DNA from: Ignavibacteriales bacterium
GTDB lineage: Bacteria; Bacteroidota; Ignavibacteria; UBA10030; SZUA-254
Assembly: GCA_016214905.1 (NCBI GenBank)
Contig: JACRMQ010000007.1
Span: 328,965-392,964, forward strand
DNA: 64,000 nt
Direction of reading: 5' to 3'
Both the position numbers and the translations under genes were made by a program. The notes under the pieces were generated by a model. The model was not told the DNA's origin. It searched no databases and saw only the letters and a list, made by a program, of their open reading frames with translations. Below are positions 1 to 12,345 of the stretch, in pieces (the stretch's first letter is position 1; the number at the start of each line of letters is the position of its first letter).

Positions 1-2063
<2,063 letters not shown>

Positions 2064-2251
2064 TTGATATTATCCAATCTGCTTGTCTATTTTCTATAAC
2101 AATTATTTTAAACTAAGTATTCCTTACTTTTCTAATATACTTAAATGGGTATGATTACGCAAGGAGAGAAATGATTGACTTTCCGCTTGAATTTTCATAT
2201 ATTTATACAACTTCCAATGAAAAATCCTTTAATTTTTACGGAAGTAATGAT

Positions 2252-2323
2252 TCCGCAGTAGCTCAATGGTGGAGCATCCGGCTGTTAACCGGAGGGTTAC
2301 AAGTTCGAGTCTTGTCTGCGGAG
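2252..2323 (+). tRNA. tRNA-Asn (anticodon GTT)
   Basis: Cloverleaf folded by hand. The acceptor stem tccgcag/ctgcgga is 7 bp. The D stem is gctc/gagc. The anticodon stem is tccgg/ccgga with loop ctGTTaa. The T stem is acaag/cttgt with loop ttcgagt, and the discriminator is g. No CCA is encoded. Confidence 0.85.
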
Positions 2324-2331
2324 CAAAATTA

Positions 2332-2361
2332 ATCCCGATCTAACTATCGGGATTTTTTTTG
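2332..2361 (+). terminator. Rho-independent terminator downstream of tRNA-Asn
   Basis: Hairpin atcccgat-ctaact-atcgggat followed by T8. Confidence 0.7.
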
Positions 2362-2484
2362 CATATTCTGGAATATTCAAACTCTAAAATTTGATAACTA
2401 TTCAATTAGTTGAATCTAATATCGAATTTTCCTACCTTTCAGCTAATAGAAGTTAGAACAAATTATTTTAACCAGGAGATTATT

Positions 2485-2835
2485 ATGCAAATCTATATTG
2501 GAAATTTACCGAAGGAATACACTGATGCCGAATTGAAATCGATGTTTGAAGAATTCGGTACGGTTAAAGAAGCGAATATTGGGCGTAACAAAAAAACGAA
2601 TGAATCGGAAGGTTACGGAATTGTTGTTATGTCGGTTAAATCTGAAGCGCGCGATGCGGTTGAGGGTTTGCGCGGAAAAGAAATTCAAGGTAAACCACTG
2701 AGAGTGAGAATTCTAAAACCCGGTGACGATTTTCATACTCAAGAAATGGGAAGATCTGGAATACCTTTGGTAAAAAGCAGCGGATCATTTCGTGGAACAA
2801 GCGCGATCAGACGCGGTGGACAGCGAGGAAGCTGA
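2485..2835 (+). CDS. RRM-type RNA-binding protein with a glycine/arginine-rich tail
   Basis: The RNP-like motif MQIYIGNLPKEYTD...GYGIVVM and a C-terminal RGG tail are present. Start was chosen at the internal ATG preceded by aggaga; the ORF-track start at 2410 is probably upstream read-through. Confidence 0.75.
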   Translation: MQIYIGNLPKEYTDAELKSMFEEFGTVKEANIGRNKKTNESEGYGIVVMSVKSEARDAVEGLRGKEIQGKPLRVRILKPGDDFHTQEMGRSGIPLVKSSGSFRGTSAIRRGGQRGS

Positions 2836-2864
2836 TAACTCATATTAAGGTTATAGCATAAATA

Positions 2865-2903
2865 AAAAGCCATCCCGATAAATCGAGATGGCTTTTTATT
2901 TTT
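2865..2903. terminator. Bidirectional terminator between the RRM gene (+) and rpmA (-)
   Basis: A 10 bp perfect stem aaaagccatc/gatggctttt is flanked by an A-run on one side and a T-run on the other. Confidence 0.65.
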
Positions 2904-2920
2904 AAAAATTCAGTTGAATT

Positions 2921-3175
2921 TTACGCGGTTAGAATTTCAACAATTTTTTTTGATTTTCCATAATCGTTGAACTTCACTACTCCATCGGTAAGAGCAAAGA
3001 GGGTATCGTCACTTCCGATTCCAACATTTGTGCCTGGTGCAAATTTGGTACCCCTTTGTCGGACGATAATACTACCTGCGGTAACTTTTTCGCCACCAAA
3101 TCTTTTCACACCTAATCTCTGCGCGTTGCTATCGCGTCCGTTTCTTGAACTTCCGCCGCCTTTTTTATGAGCCAT
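2921..3175 (-). CDS. rpmA: 50S ribosomal protein L27
   Basis: [28 protein letters not shown]... is the canonical L27 sequence. Confidence 0.93.
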   Translation of the reverse strand: MAHKKGGGSSRNGRDSNAQRLGVKRFGGEKVTAGSIIVRQRGTKFAPGTNVGIGSDDTLFALTDGVVKFNDYGKSKKIVEILTA

Positions 3176-3189
3176 ACTATTCTCTCTTT

Positions 3190-3498
3190 CTACCCAATAT
3201 TTGTTATTTCTACTTCTGTGTACTGCTGACGATGTCCGCGGCGCAAACGGTATCCTTTTCTTTTCTTCTTCTTAAAAACTATCACCTTATCATCTTTAAT
3301 ATTTCCAAGAATCTTTGCTTCAACGGTACTATTTTTAATAAATGGATTTCCAATTTGAACGCTTTTTTCATCGGCTTTAAGAAGTACACGCTCGAATTTT
3401 ACTGTGCTTCCAACTTCAGCACTAAGCCGGGGAACAAAAATCCTCTCGCCCTGACTGACTTTTAACTGCTGACCTGAGATGTCGACAACGACAAACAT
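3190..3498 (-). CDS. rplU: 50S ribosomal protein L21
   Basis: [25 protein letters not shown]... matches L21, and the gene sits immediately upstream of rpmA as in the conserved rplU-rpmA operon. Confidence 0.9.
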   Translation of the reverse strand: MFVVVDISGQQLKVSQGERIFVPRLSAEVGSTVKFERVLLKADEKSVQIGNPFIKNSTVEAKILGNIKDDKVIVFKKKKRKGYRLRRGHRQQYTEVEITNIG

Positions 3499-3616
3499 GT
3501 TGATTTTACCTTATTTTAAGTGATTTTTCTATCGAATGCATAACAATGTACGAATTTTTTTTGGAATGTCAAAACCCCATTTATGATACTTAATCAGCAA
3601 TTATTTAAAATTTTGT

Positions 3617-3645
3617 TTGACTTTTATTGCAAATCTCAATATGTT
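3617..3645 (+). promoter_or_regulatory. sigma70-like promoter candidate for the response-regulator gene
   Basis: TTGACT (3617-3622), a 17 nt spacer, then TATGTT (3640-3645), about 90 nt upstream of the ATG at 3733. Confidence 0.35.
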
Positions 3646-3732
3646 ATGTTACTCATCGATCGTAATTAAACACTCGATTATATGCTGATGGTTAATTACT
3701 TCATTTTTGTGTTTGAATATTATTAATAAATC

Positions 3733-4116
3733 ATGAAGAAAAAAACAGTTCTTATTGTAGAAGACAGCCCGGGGTTTTCCGAGTTAATGAAGTATGTGGT
3801 TGAAGATGAAGGATTCAAAGGTGTTATTTTTCCGCTTGAAGAAAATTTTCTTAAATGGGTGGAAAAAGAAAAACCATCTGCCATTATCATGGATTTGGCG
3901 CTTAACCGGATGAGCGGATTCGATTTGATTAGAGAATTAAAAGGGAGCACAAAATATAAACAGATTCCCGTTGTCGTAATTACCGGACGGGATCTCGAGA
4001 TCAAGGATATTACTGAATTGAAAGTGCATGGAATTCCTTATATGCGAAAAGGGCGTGTGGATATGCACGAAATCCATCAGGCAATTCGCACGCTTGTCGA
4101 AAAATCAGAGAAGTGA
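3733..4116 (+). CDS. Stand-alone response-regulator receiver (CheY-like, REC only)
   Basis: The REC signature is present: VLIVEDSPG ... IIMDLALNRMSGFDLIREL ... with the phospho-acceptor Asp in IMDLAL and a conserved Lys near the C-terminus. There is no output domain. Confidence 0.8.
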   Translation: MKKKTVLIVEDSPGFSELMKYVVEDEGFKGVIFPLEENFLKWVEKEKPSAIIMDLALNRMSGFDLIRELKGSTKYKQIPVVVITGRDLEIKDITELKVHGIPYMRKGRVDMHEIHQAIRTLVEKSEK

Positions 4117-4249
4117 ATATTTTTCATTTTACCTAATTAACATCCTATCTGCACGCCCAATATATCTGTTCTCTTTTATCTATCCTTGCAATTAATAAAT
4201 GGCAATTGTATATTAGATCGTGAAATAATTTAATTCAGGTGTTGTTGAA

Positions 4250-4366
4250 ATGGTAATAACAGTAGAAGAAAAAGTGTCGATAACGTTTTGGTGGATTGTA
4301 GCAGTTGCGATTACCGCGTATTTGTTCTGGGGCGTTATTAATACAATTCGAATTATACTGCAGTAA
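4250..4366 (+). CDS. Possible 38-aa single-pass membrane peptide
   Basis: ATG...TAA in a 278 nt gap. Translation is MVITVEEKVSITFWWIVAVAITAYLFWGVINTIRIILQ, which has one hydrophobic helix. There is no homology support. Confidence 0.25.
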   Translation: MVITVEEKVSITFWWIVAVAITAYLFWGVINTIRIILQ

Positions 4367-4394
4367 TTAAAGATTTACTTATAAAGTAGAATCA

Positions 4395-5030
4395 TCAACA
4401 ATTTTGTTGATTGAATATTTTTTGAAATTCTTCAAAACCTTCCCTACCTAACATAAACTTTAGTTCTGTCGCGCATATATCCAATATGTTTTTTGTCCCG
4501 CTTTCAAATTGTGAACAGCACTTTGGTTGATTCTCTACTTCCAGGTCATCAATCATCAATGTATGTTGACTTATTACTAACGGAAAGGCGATACAATAAA
4601 AGGGCTTTAAAGCAAAAGGGTGAAGTCCTTCTGCGAGAGCTGTTTTCTGAAGGGCGCATAATCCGCTCGAATCAAGGAAAACGCATCCCTGCTCAGTCGC
4701 CTGCGTACCGATAGCTAATCCGGAAGGAAAATCGATATCTTGACATGGTTCCGATTCGAACCATTTCTCGGGATTCTTTTCTTGTGTTGGTTCAAGATGC
4801 CTCTGAATTATCTGTGCATGATTGAGAATATTATCTCGCTCGCTAATATCTGCAAAAACCCCCCACTTGCAGCATTCACCGGTGCAATTCTTCATAGAGC
4901 ATGACGATGGATACTTAGTTGTGAAAATCGAAGTATCAATTCGCAGTTCAGAAATATGTTTTAATCTGTGTTTGTGTAATATTATATTCATAGTGGTAAA
5001 CAAAATACCTTTTTTCGGATGCATTTCCAA
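4395..5030 (-). CDS. Cysteine-rich hypothetical protein (possibly DUF3109-like)
   Basis: 211-aa ORF carrying CSMKNCTGECCKW and CC motifs. No catalytic motif was recognised. Confidence 0.5.
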   Translation of the reverse strand: MEMHPKKGILFTTMNIILHKHRLKHISELRIDTSIFTTKYPSSCSMKNCTGECCKWGVFADISERDNILNHAQIIQRHLEPTQEKNPEKWFESEPCQDIDFPSGLAIGTQATEQGCVFLDSSGLCALQKTALAEGLHPFALKPFYCIAFPLVISQHTLMIDDLEVENQPKCCSQFESGTKNILDICATELKFMLGREGFEEFQKIFNQQNC

Positions 5031-5165
5031 GGAAAATATTATCTAGAATTTGAGAGTGAATATTCTAAAAATATAGTAAGGGAATTATTTTAATAATTTT
5101 AATAAAAGTTCCATGCAAAACCTGAACAGTTATTTGAATTGAGTTCGCGGAGGACATTCTTTTAT

Positions 5166-6329
5166 CTATTTATTTATTTGAAATAATTTCTCCCATTTAA
5201 AAATTTGATTGATATTCAATAGCTCCGCGGGGATGGATTTTCCGGAACCGTCAATCTCGCGCAGACCGACGAAAGGACGAAGATCGCCAAGATCAACAAG
5301 TTTGGGTGGCATTTCAGAATGAGTGTCTACTTGATATGATATGCCGAGATCGGCATTTGATTGTTTTCTGTTCTCATAACGGATTATCACATTGCGTATT
5401 ATAAGATCATAAGCACGTTTACCGTTAAATGGTAATTTGTTGTATTCATCAATCTCGAATTGCTTAAGACAATCTAATGCAATGGCGTAAATGGAAGTCA
5501 GCATTCCGACGAAATTCAACTTACGTATAAAATCTTTTTCAGGGTCGTTAATCGTATGACCCGACTCAACGAGGAGCGTACTCGTTCCCCATTTTTGCAT
5601 ATTATCTCCGAATGCCCGCGGCTCAAAACTGTCGTCGTATTTTGTAACGTAACCGCTTATATGTTCATTCATTGAAGTTGCAAATACTGCGGCAAGATGT
5701 TTAGCTCGTTCTCTTGATTCATTATCGGTTTTTGCAGAATTAAATGCCGGCGCCAGCAAGCCGATTGCAGAAAGTTTATTCGATGATCCGACAGAACTCA
5801 GTTCTTGATCGTGAAGATTAAATCCAAATTGCGGCTTAAGATTATGCTGCAGTGATTTTAATAATTGTGCTTCTGGTGTTTCAAGAGCAAGGGCATCGCG
5901 GTTCATATCAATTCCTTGAGCCGTTCGTCTTTGGAACCGGGCTGCACCATCGGGATTCAACATTGGAAGAAAATTTAAACGTATAGCCGAAAATATTTTT
6001 TGAACAATCGGTGTTTCCTTGTTTCGCGTGAGATAATTAATGATATCACAAAGTGCCATGGTGGCAGTTGACTCATCGCCGTGCATCTGAGACCAAAATA
6101 AAATATTTATTGTCCCGTTACCACCCGAAATTAGTTGTATGGGTTTATCCTCGAAAGAGCGGCCGATCTCTTCGCGCTGAAATATTCCGGATAAATTTAC
6201 TAATAATTTTGAAATGACATTTGATAAAATTTCAGGTACAAAATCTCTTTGCGGGAAATCGGGTACACGGAAAATTTGGTAATTATCGAACAAATAACGG
6301 GAAAATTCCAGAACTTCTTTCTTCATCAA
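5166..6329 (-). CDS. M14-family zinc carboxypeptidase-like protein. No signal peptide, so probably cytoplasmic.
   Basis: The M14 zinc-binding and catalytic motif set is present: HGDES, NPDG, NRD, FNLH and ESGHT. Confidence 0.7.
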   Translation of the reverse strand: MMKKEVLEFSRYLFDNYQIFRVPDFPQRDFVPEILSNVISKLLVNLSGIFQREEIGRSFEDKPIQLISGGNGTINILFWSQMHGDESTATMALCDIINYLTRNKETPIVQKIFSAIRLNFLPMLNPDGAARFQRRTAQGIDMNRDALALETPEAQLLKSLQHNLKPQFGFNLHDQELSSVGSSNKLSAIGLLAPAFNSAKTDNESRERAKHLAAVFATSMNEHISGYVTKYDDSFEPRAFGDNMQKWGTSTLLVESGHTINDPEKDFIRKLNFVGMLTSIYAIALDCLKQFEIDEYNKLPFNGKRAYDLIIRNVIIRYENRKQSNADLGISYQVDTHSEMPPKLVDLGDLRPFVGLREIDGSGKSIPAELLNINQIFKWEKLFQINK

Positions 6330-6499
6330 ACAGAATCCTTACTGTGTCGATCGATAATATAAGAAAAACTTTTGACCTATCAAGAAATTATAAAACAGTC
6401 TTTTGTTTATCTATTTCAATCTTTGTATATTTTCACTCATTAAGCAACGATATTGAAAAATTACCGCCCATCCGGGCGTTTTTTATCCCTCAAAAGAAT

Positions 6500-8881
6500 A
6501 TGAATAACATCGATTTTAATATTTCCGACGACCAACTCCCATCTCCAGAAAAACTCCCAACATCGCTGCCGGTTGTGGCCCTGCGCGACATTGTTGTTTA
6601 TCCGTATATGATATATCCGGTGCTGCTGGGCCGCGAATCATCACTTCGGGCTGCGGCCTATGCCAATGAACACGATCGTTTTGTGTTTCTCGTTTCTCAG
6701 CGTGATCCAACGCTTGAAGAACCGGGGCAAAACGATGTCTACAGAGACGGAACGGTAGCAAAAATTATCCAGACCATGAAGATGCCGAACGGTCTTATGA
6801 AAATACTGGTTGACGGCATAATGCACGCCACAATAAAGTATTTTCGGCAAGCGGAACCGTTCATGGATGTTGAAGTTGAGTATCATCCGCCGGAGGAGGT
6901 TCCATCGAATGAGATTTCTGCGTTAGTGCGACAGTCATCAGCGCTTTTTACTGAATATATTCAACTCAGTCGAAATATTCCGCAAGAAATATTATCGGCA
7001 TTTGAGACATTAAAAAATCCGCATCGAAAATTATTTTATATCGCATCGAATATCTCAAAAGAAGTGACGGCAAAACAACTCATCTTGCAGCATTATTCTC
7101 TGAAGGAACAATATTTTGAACTCGCGCGATTACTTACATCGGAAGTTGATATTTTAAGAATTGAACGCGATCTCGATTCAAAACTTCACGAAAGCATACA
7201 AAAATCGCAGAAAAAATTTCTTCTTCAAGAGCAGATGCGAATTTTGCAGGATGAATTAGGATCGGAAGAAGTTCTTTCGGCAGAACTTATAAAACTGAAG
7301 GAACAGATCGATCACGCGAAAATGCCGAAAGAAGTTTACGAGAAAGCGGTTGAGGAATTTAACAAGCTGAAAAAAACACCACCGCAATCACCGGAGTTTG
7401 GTGTCAGCCGTAATTTTCTCGATTGGTTAATCATTGTTCCATGGTCGAAAAGCACTAAAGATAATCTTGATGTAGAGCATGTACAAAAAATATTGGACGA
7501 AGATCATTTCGGATTGGAGAAACCTAAGGAACGAATTCTTGAGCACATTGCCGTGCTGAATTTGGTAAAAGAGATGAAGGGGCAGATACTTTGTTTCGTC
7601 GGGCCACCGGGCGTGGGCAAAACATCGCTCGGGAAATCAATCGCACGCGCGCTTGGAAGAAAATTCGTTCGCATATCTCTCGGCGGTGTAAGAGACGAAG
7701 CCGAAATTCGCGGTCATCGCCGCACTTATATCGGCTCGATGCCGGGTAAAATTATACAATCAATGAAGCGTGCCGGTGTAATTAATCCCGTTATTCTTAT
7801 GGACGAAGTAGATAAAATGAGTATGGATTTCAGGGGTGACCCGTCTGCCGCATTACTCGAAGTTTTAGATCCCGAGCAAAATACAACATTCAACGACCAT
7901 TATCTTGATATCGATTACGATCTTTCACATGTTATGTTCATAACAACCGCGAATGTTCGTTACAACATTCCCCTTCCACTGCAAGACAGGATGGAAATAA
8001 TTGAACTGCCGGGTTACCTCGAATATGATAAACGTGAAATTGCCAAAAGGCATATTATTCCGAAACAACTTGAAGAACACGGATTGAAATCGAAAGATGT
8101 TTCATTTAAAGACGAAGCAATCACAAAAGTGATACAAGAATACACGCGCGAGGCAGGAGTTCGGAATCTGGAACGAGAGATTGCATCGCTTTGCCGCAAA
8201 GCTGCTAAAGAAATTGTCTTGAACAGAAAATCGAAGAGCAAAAAATCCAAACAGGCGCCAATAATAATCGATGAGAAAAAAGTTGAACAATTGATAGGTG
8301 TCCCAAAGTTCAGACAAAAAACAACGAACGGTGAAAAGCGAATCGGTTCAGTTATAGGTTTGGCTTGGACGAGTGTTGGAGGGGACATATTAAATGTTGA
8401 CGTAACCATAATGAACGGACTTGAAAAACTCACGCTTACAGGACAACTTGGGGATGTAATGAAAGAGTCTGCTCAAGCGGCGCTTAGCTACATACGTTCG
8501 AATGCGAAGAAACTTGGCGTGCCTGCCGAGTTTTACAGGAAGAGAGAAATTCATATTCATCTTCCTGAAGGTGCTATTCCCAAAGACGGTCCATCAGCTG
8601 GTATCACCATGGCGATGGCAATTATTTCAGCCGCCGCGCACAAACCTGCCCGGAATGATGTGGCTATGACCGGCGAGATCACATTACGTGGAAATATTTT
8701 AGCAATCGGCGGATTAAACGAAAAACTCTTAGCCGCTCAGCGAAGCGGCATCAAAACAGTCCTTATTCCGAAAGAAAACAAAAAAGACCTTATTGAGATA
8801 CCGGCAAAAGTAAAAGAAGGGGTAAAGATAATACCGATTGATACGATAGCCGACGCGATTAAATATGTCTTTGAAAAATAA
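6500..8881 (+). CDS. lon: ATP-dependent Lon protease
   Basis: An N-terminal LON substrate-binding domain ([24 protein letters not shown]) is followed by Walker [14 protein letters not shown] and a C-terminal Ser-Lys protease domain ([10 protein letters not shown]). The in-frame ATG at 6500 was chosen as the start. Confidence 0.9.
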   Translation: MNNIDFNISDDQLPSPEKLPTSLPVVALRDIVVYPYMIYPVLLGRESSLRAAAYANEHDRFVFLVSQRDPTLEEPGQNDVYRDGTVAKIIQTMKMPNGLMKILVDGIMHATIKYFRQAEPFMDVEVEYHPPEEVPSNEISALVRQSSALFTEYIQLSRNIPQEILSAFETLKNPHRKLFYIASNISKEVTAKQLILQHYSLKEQYFELARLLTSEVDILRIERDLDSKLHESIQKSQKKFLLQEQMRILQDELGSEEVLSAELIKLKEQIDHAKMPKEVYEKAVEEFNKLKKTPPQSPEFGVSRNFLDWLIIVPWSKSTKDNLDVEHVQKILDEDHFGLEKPKERILEHIAVLNLVKEMKGQILCFVGPPGVGKTSLGKSIARALGRKFVRISLGGVRDEAEIRGHRRTYIGSMPGKIIQSMKRAGVINPVILMDEVDKMSMDFRGDPSAALLEVLDPEQNTTFNDHYLDIDYDLSHVMFITTANVRYNIPLPLQDRMEIIELPGYLEYDKREIAKRHIIPKQLEEHGLKSKDVSFKDEAITKVIQEYTREAGVRNLEREIASLCRKAAKEIVLNRKSKSKKSKQAPIIIDEKKVEQLIGVPKFRQKTTNGEKRIGSVIGLAWTSVGGDILNVDVTIMNGLEKLTLTGQLGDVMKESAQAALSYIRSNAKKLGVPAEFYRKREIHIHLPEGAIPKDGPSAGITMAMAIISAAAHKPARNDVAMTGEITLRGNILAIGGLNEKLLAAQRSGIKTVLIPKENKKDLIEIPAKVKEGVKIIPIDTIADAIKYVFEK

Positions 8882-8955
8882 TTTTAATAACTCTTGAATC
8901 TCTGCGATAAGAAATTTATATTACTATTCAAATATTCTAAATCAATAAGCAACCT

Positions 8956-10653
8956 ATGGCATATCTTGTAACCGCGCGTAAGTGGAGACCGATGGTGTTC
9001 GATGACATTATTGGACAAGCGCATATTGCCACAACTCTACGAAATGCCATCGCCGCTAATAGATTATCTCATGCCTATGTTTTCAGCGGACCACGCGGTG
9101 TGGGGAAAACCACAACTGCCCGGATACTCGCCAAAGCCGTCAACTGTACTTCTCCGGACAAACATAATCCCGATAACAAGTGCGATCTATGCACCGAGAT
9201 TACAGAAGGAAGAAGCGTAAATGTTTTTGAAATCGATGGTGCTTCTAACAGGGGAGTTGAAGAGATCAGAAATCTGCGCGATGCGGTGAGATACGGACCC
9301 GCCAAGGGGAAATACAAAATATACATTATCGATGAAGTGCACATGCTCACAAAAGAGGCGTTCAATGCCCTTCTAAAAACGCTTGAAGAGCCCCCTTCGT
9401 ATGTTATGTTTATTTTTGCTACGACTGAAATTCATAAAGTGCCTCTCACAATACTTTCACGCTGTCAGCGGTTCGAGTTCAGAAGAATTTCCATCGAAGA
9501 AATAATATCCCGTTTGCATTTCATCGCGAAAGAAGAAAAAATATTGATCGACCACGACTCGTTATTGCTGATTGCCAAACGCGCCGATGGTTCCATGAGA
9601 GATGCACAGAGTATTTTCGATCAGGTTATTTCTTTTTGCGGAAATAAAATTTCATCTCAACAAATCATCGAAATGCTTAATCTCGTTGATGAAGAATATT
9701 TTTTCCGCCTTGTTGATATTATCAGATCGAAAGAAATAAAAGAAGGGCTATTACTCGCGGATGAGATAATAAAAATGGGGCATGATCTGAGAGAATTTCT
9801 AAACGGATTCATCGAACATCTTAGAAATATCCTGATCTTAAAAACAACTAAATCAGACAAATTAATAGAAGCATCCGAAGCGGTTAAAAAACGTTTTGAA
9901 ACGGTTGCGGATAAATTTTCGGAAATCGATTTGTTGCGCCTCATAAAAATTGCCTCCGAAACTGAAAGTGCGCTCAAATGGAATCGACAACCACGATTGA
10001 ATTTCGAAATTGCGATTGTCCAGATGATAAAGCTTGATAACTCAGTTGAAATCGGTTCTTTAATTGAGCGGATCGAAAATTTATCAAACTCTTCCGGTGA
10101 TGACTCATCGAATAACAAATCGTTACATGATGAAACATCAAATCTAAAATTAAAAGATGCGCCTATTAGAGGAAGCGTGAAAGCAACTCAACCAACGTTG
10201 CGTCCGGATCAAGTGATTAAACCTACGATACCGCTTTCTCAAATTCCAGTTGTTGCAGAACCAATCCGGTTACCTACAAAAAATGATATCTTAGAAAAAT
10301 GGTCTGTGTTTGTATCCGAAGCAAGAAAAGAACGTATCGCAATAGGCACGATGTTAAGTGAGACATCTTTTATCGATATTAACAACGATCGTCTTTGTAT
10401 CGGTTGTCCCGACGATTTTCACGCCGACACACTTAACGTAACAAAAAATCGTCAATATCTTCAAGACATTGCAGAGCGAGTTTATGGCGCGAAAGTGCAA
10501 CTCGAAACAATTCTCTCTTCGAAAACAAAATCATTCTCAATTCCAAAAACAACAGAACCACCGCAAGAGACTCAATCCCAATCATCAGTTCAACAACATC
10601 CCGTTATTCAAGCGCTCGTCAAAGAATTCGGAGTAAAACCTATCAACCGTTGA
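8956..10653 (+). CDS. dnaX: DNA polymerase III subunit gamma/tau
   Basis: MAYLVTARKWRPMVFDDIIGQAHI...FSGPRGVGKTTTARILAKAVNC... with a zinc-module C...C..C and the SRCQRF box. Confidence 0.9.
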   Translation: MAYLVTARKWRPMVFDDIIGQAHIATTLRNAIAANRLSHAYVFSGPRGVGKTTTARILAKAVNCTSPDKHNPDNKCDLCTEITEGRSVNVFEIDGASNRGVEEIRNLRDAVRYGPAKGKYKIYIIDEVHMLTKEAFNALLKTLEEPPSYVMFIFATTEIHKVPLTILSRCQRFEFRRISIEEIISRLHFIAKEEKILIDHDSLLLIAKRADGSMRDAQSIFDQVISFCGNKISSQQIIEMLNLVDEEYFFRLVDIIRSKEIKEGLLLADEIIKMGHDLREFLNGFIEHLRNILILKTTKSDKLIEASEAVKKRFETVADKFSEIDLLRLIKIASETESALKWNRQPRLNFEIAIVQMIKLDNSVEIGSLIERIENLSNSSGDDSSNNKSLHDETSNLKLKDAPIRGSVKATQPTLRPDQVIKPTIPLSQIPVVAEPIRLPTKNDILEKWSVFVSEARKERIAIGTMLSETSFIDINNDRLCIGCPDDFHADTLNVTKNRQYLQDIAERVYGAKVQLETILSSKTKSFSIPKTTEPPQETQSQSSVQQHPVIQALVKEFGVKPINR

Positions 10654-10735
10654 TACTTTTTATCATTCAATATTGAGCATCTGTATCATTTGCTTTTATT
10701 ATTGATTTTCTCAATATTTCAAAAGGTATCATGTC

Positions 10736-11794
10736 ATGAAAACATTTAGAAATATAGAATGGCTTACTTGCATCTTATTGGCGATCTCAATAATATTTTT
10801 CTGCCCAAAAAAAGGCATTGCAGCTTCGAAAGGTAAATATGCGGGCGAATTCCTGTCTATTGGGATTGGCGGGCGAGCACTCGGTTTAGGTGGCGCTTAT
10901 ACAGCTCTGGCGGGTGATGTTACCGCAGGATATTGGAACCCCGCAGGACTTTCATCATTAACATATCCACAGATTTCACTTATGCACGACGAACGATTTG
11001 CAGGAATAGTAAATTATGATTATGTGGCGGCGGCGTACCCATTTGATGCGGTGGCAACTTTCGCGATCAGCGTAATTCGGTTAGGTGTCGATAATATACC
11101 AAATACGGAAAACGCCGGTATAGATGCGAATGGTAATCCGTTACCGCTTGATCAATGGCAGAATCTCGCCGGTCTCGATCAAAATAAAATCACCTATTTT
11201 AATGCCGCTGATTGGGGATTTATATTTTCATATGCCAACAAACATTCCAATCGCTTTTCTTATGGCGCAAATATCAAGCTGATTTACCGGTCACTTGATA
11301 AAGTATCAGCAACCGGGGTGGGATTCGATATCGGGGGAAGGTATGAAGCGGCTGATAATTTTTATCTCGGTGCGGTTCTTCAAGACGCAACAACAACACT
11401 GGTTGCATGGAGCAACGGAACAAACGAATTAATAATTCCCACGCTCAAAATCGGAACCGCATATTTCATTGAAGCATTTGATGGCAAATTCGCGCCGGTG
11501 TTTGACGTCGATATGCGATTTGAAAACCGACGCTCCGCATCCATGTTGCATCTGGGTGGTATGAGTTTGGATTTCCTTGAGGGACTTGAGTTTGAATACA
11601 AAAAACTTGCTTCGTTACGACTTGGTTATAGTGACGTTGGCACTTTTAATGTTGGCGCGGGTATCCGGCTTCCGAAACTCGGATTAGATTATTCATTCGC
11701 TCGATTCAGTTCGGATGAACAGTTAGGAGATACTCACCGTATTTCGCTGACATTCACTTTCGAAGCAGACCGATATAAACGCCTTAGCGAATAA
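10736..11794 (+). CDS. PorV/PorQ-family outer-membrane beta-barrel protein (T9SS-associated family)
   Basis: A signal peptide is followed by the hallmark motif LSIGIGGRALGLGGAYTALAGDVTAGYWNPAGL. At 352 aa the size is PorQ-like. Confidence 0.45.
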   Translation: MKTFRNIEWLTCILLAISIIFFCPKKGIAASKGKYAGEFLSIGIGGRALGLGGAYTALAGDVTAGYWNPAGLSSLTYPQISLMHDERFAGIVNYDYVAAAYPFDAVATFAISVIRLGVDNIPNTENAGIDANGNPLPLDQWQNLAGLDQNKITYFNAADWGFIFSYANKHSNRFSYGANIKLIYRSLDKVSATGVGFDIGGRYEAADNFYLGAVLQDATTTLVAWSNGTNELIIPTLKIGTAYFIEAFDGKFAPVFDVDMRFENRRSASMLHLGGMSLDFLEGLEFEYKKLASLRLGYSDVGTFNVGAGIRLPKLGLDYSFARFSSDEQLGDTHRISLTFTFEADRYKRLSE

Positions 11795-11797
11795 CCG

Positions 11798-12343
11798 ATG
11801 CGGCTTATCATACCTCTATTTATTATTACGTTTCTCTCCGGTTGTGCTGTAAAACTACCTTATCTTTCAACTTATCCGTTGAGTGAACAATATTTTCATT
11901 CGCGCGACGGTACTTTCTATGGAAATGTTCCAGTCGGATGGTTTTCGGCGAGCGATGATACTCTCGGTCCCGCTGTTGTAGTCTGGCTTCTTAAAGAAGA
12001 TTTTACATGTACAATCACTGTCAATGAATTAAAGCTTGATCATTTTTCGCGCAACTTGATTGCGAAAGATGGTTTGGATATTCTTGCCAAACTCAGCGCC
12101 GCAGCTTACGGTAAAGACATTCCGGATTCGGATTTTGAGCCGATGCTTTTCAGACTTCGAGCAAAAGATTTTTGCAGTTACGAATTACCGAAGAATGACG
12201 AAACCAGAAGGATTGTATTGTTTGAGGCAAAAGGTCGTTATTACGAATGTACTGCTTATAAATTGAAAGGTGAATGGTCGGAGGAAGATTTTAAAAACCT
12301 CTTTACCGTACAACAATCGGTTCTCGGTTCAATCGGGTATTAA
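11798..12343 (+). CDS. Lipoprotein of unknown function
   Basis: The lipobox FLSGC sits at the N-terminus. The gene starts 4 nt after the PorV/PorQ-like stop, so the two are likely co-transcribed. Confidence 0.55.
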   Translation: MRLIIPLFIITFLSGCAVKLPYLSTYPLSEQYFHSRDGTFYGNVPVGWFSASDDTLGPAVVVWLLKEDFTCTITVNELKLDHFSRNLIAKDGLDILAKLSAAAYGKDIPDSDFEPMLFRLRAKDFCSYELPKNDETRRIVLFEAKGRYYECTAYKLKGEWSEEDFKNLFTVQQSVLGSIGY

Positions 12344-12345
12344 AA

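Noticed and set aside
2410-2484. Upstream extension of the RRM protein ORF (MNLISNFPTF...)
   Set aside because: The internal ATG at 2485 has a proper RBS (aggaga) and starts directly at the RNP motif. The extension overlaps the terminator and promoter region after the tRNA.
9520-9545. A-run in dnaX (GAAGAAAAAATA) as a possible tau/gamma frameshift site
   Set aside because: It is not an X XXY YYZ heptamer in frame and lies far too early in the gene (about residue 195) compared with known dnaX frameshift sites.
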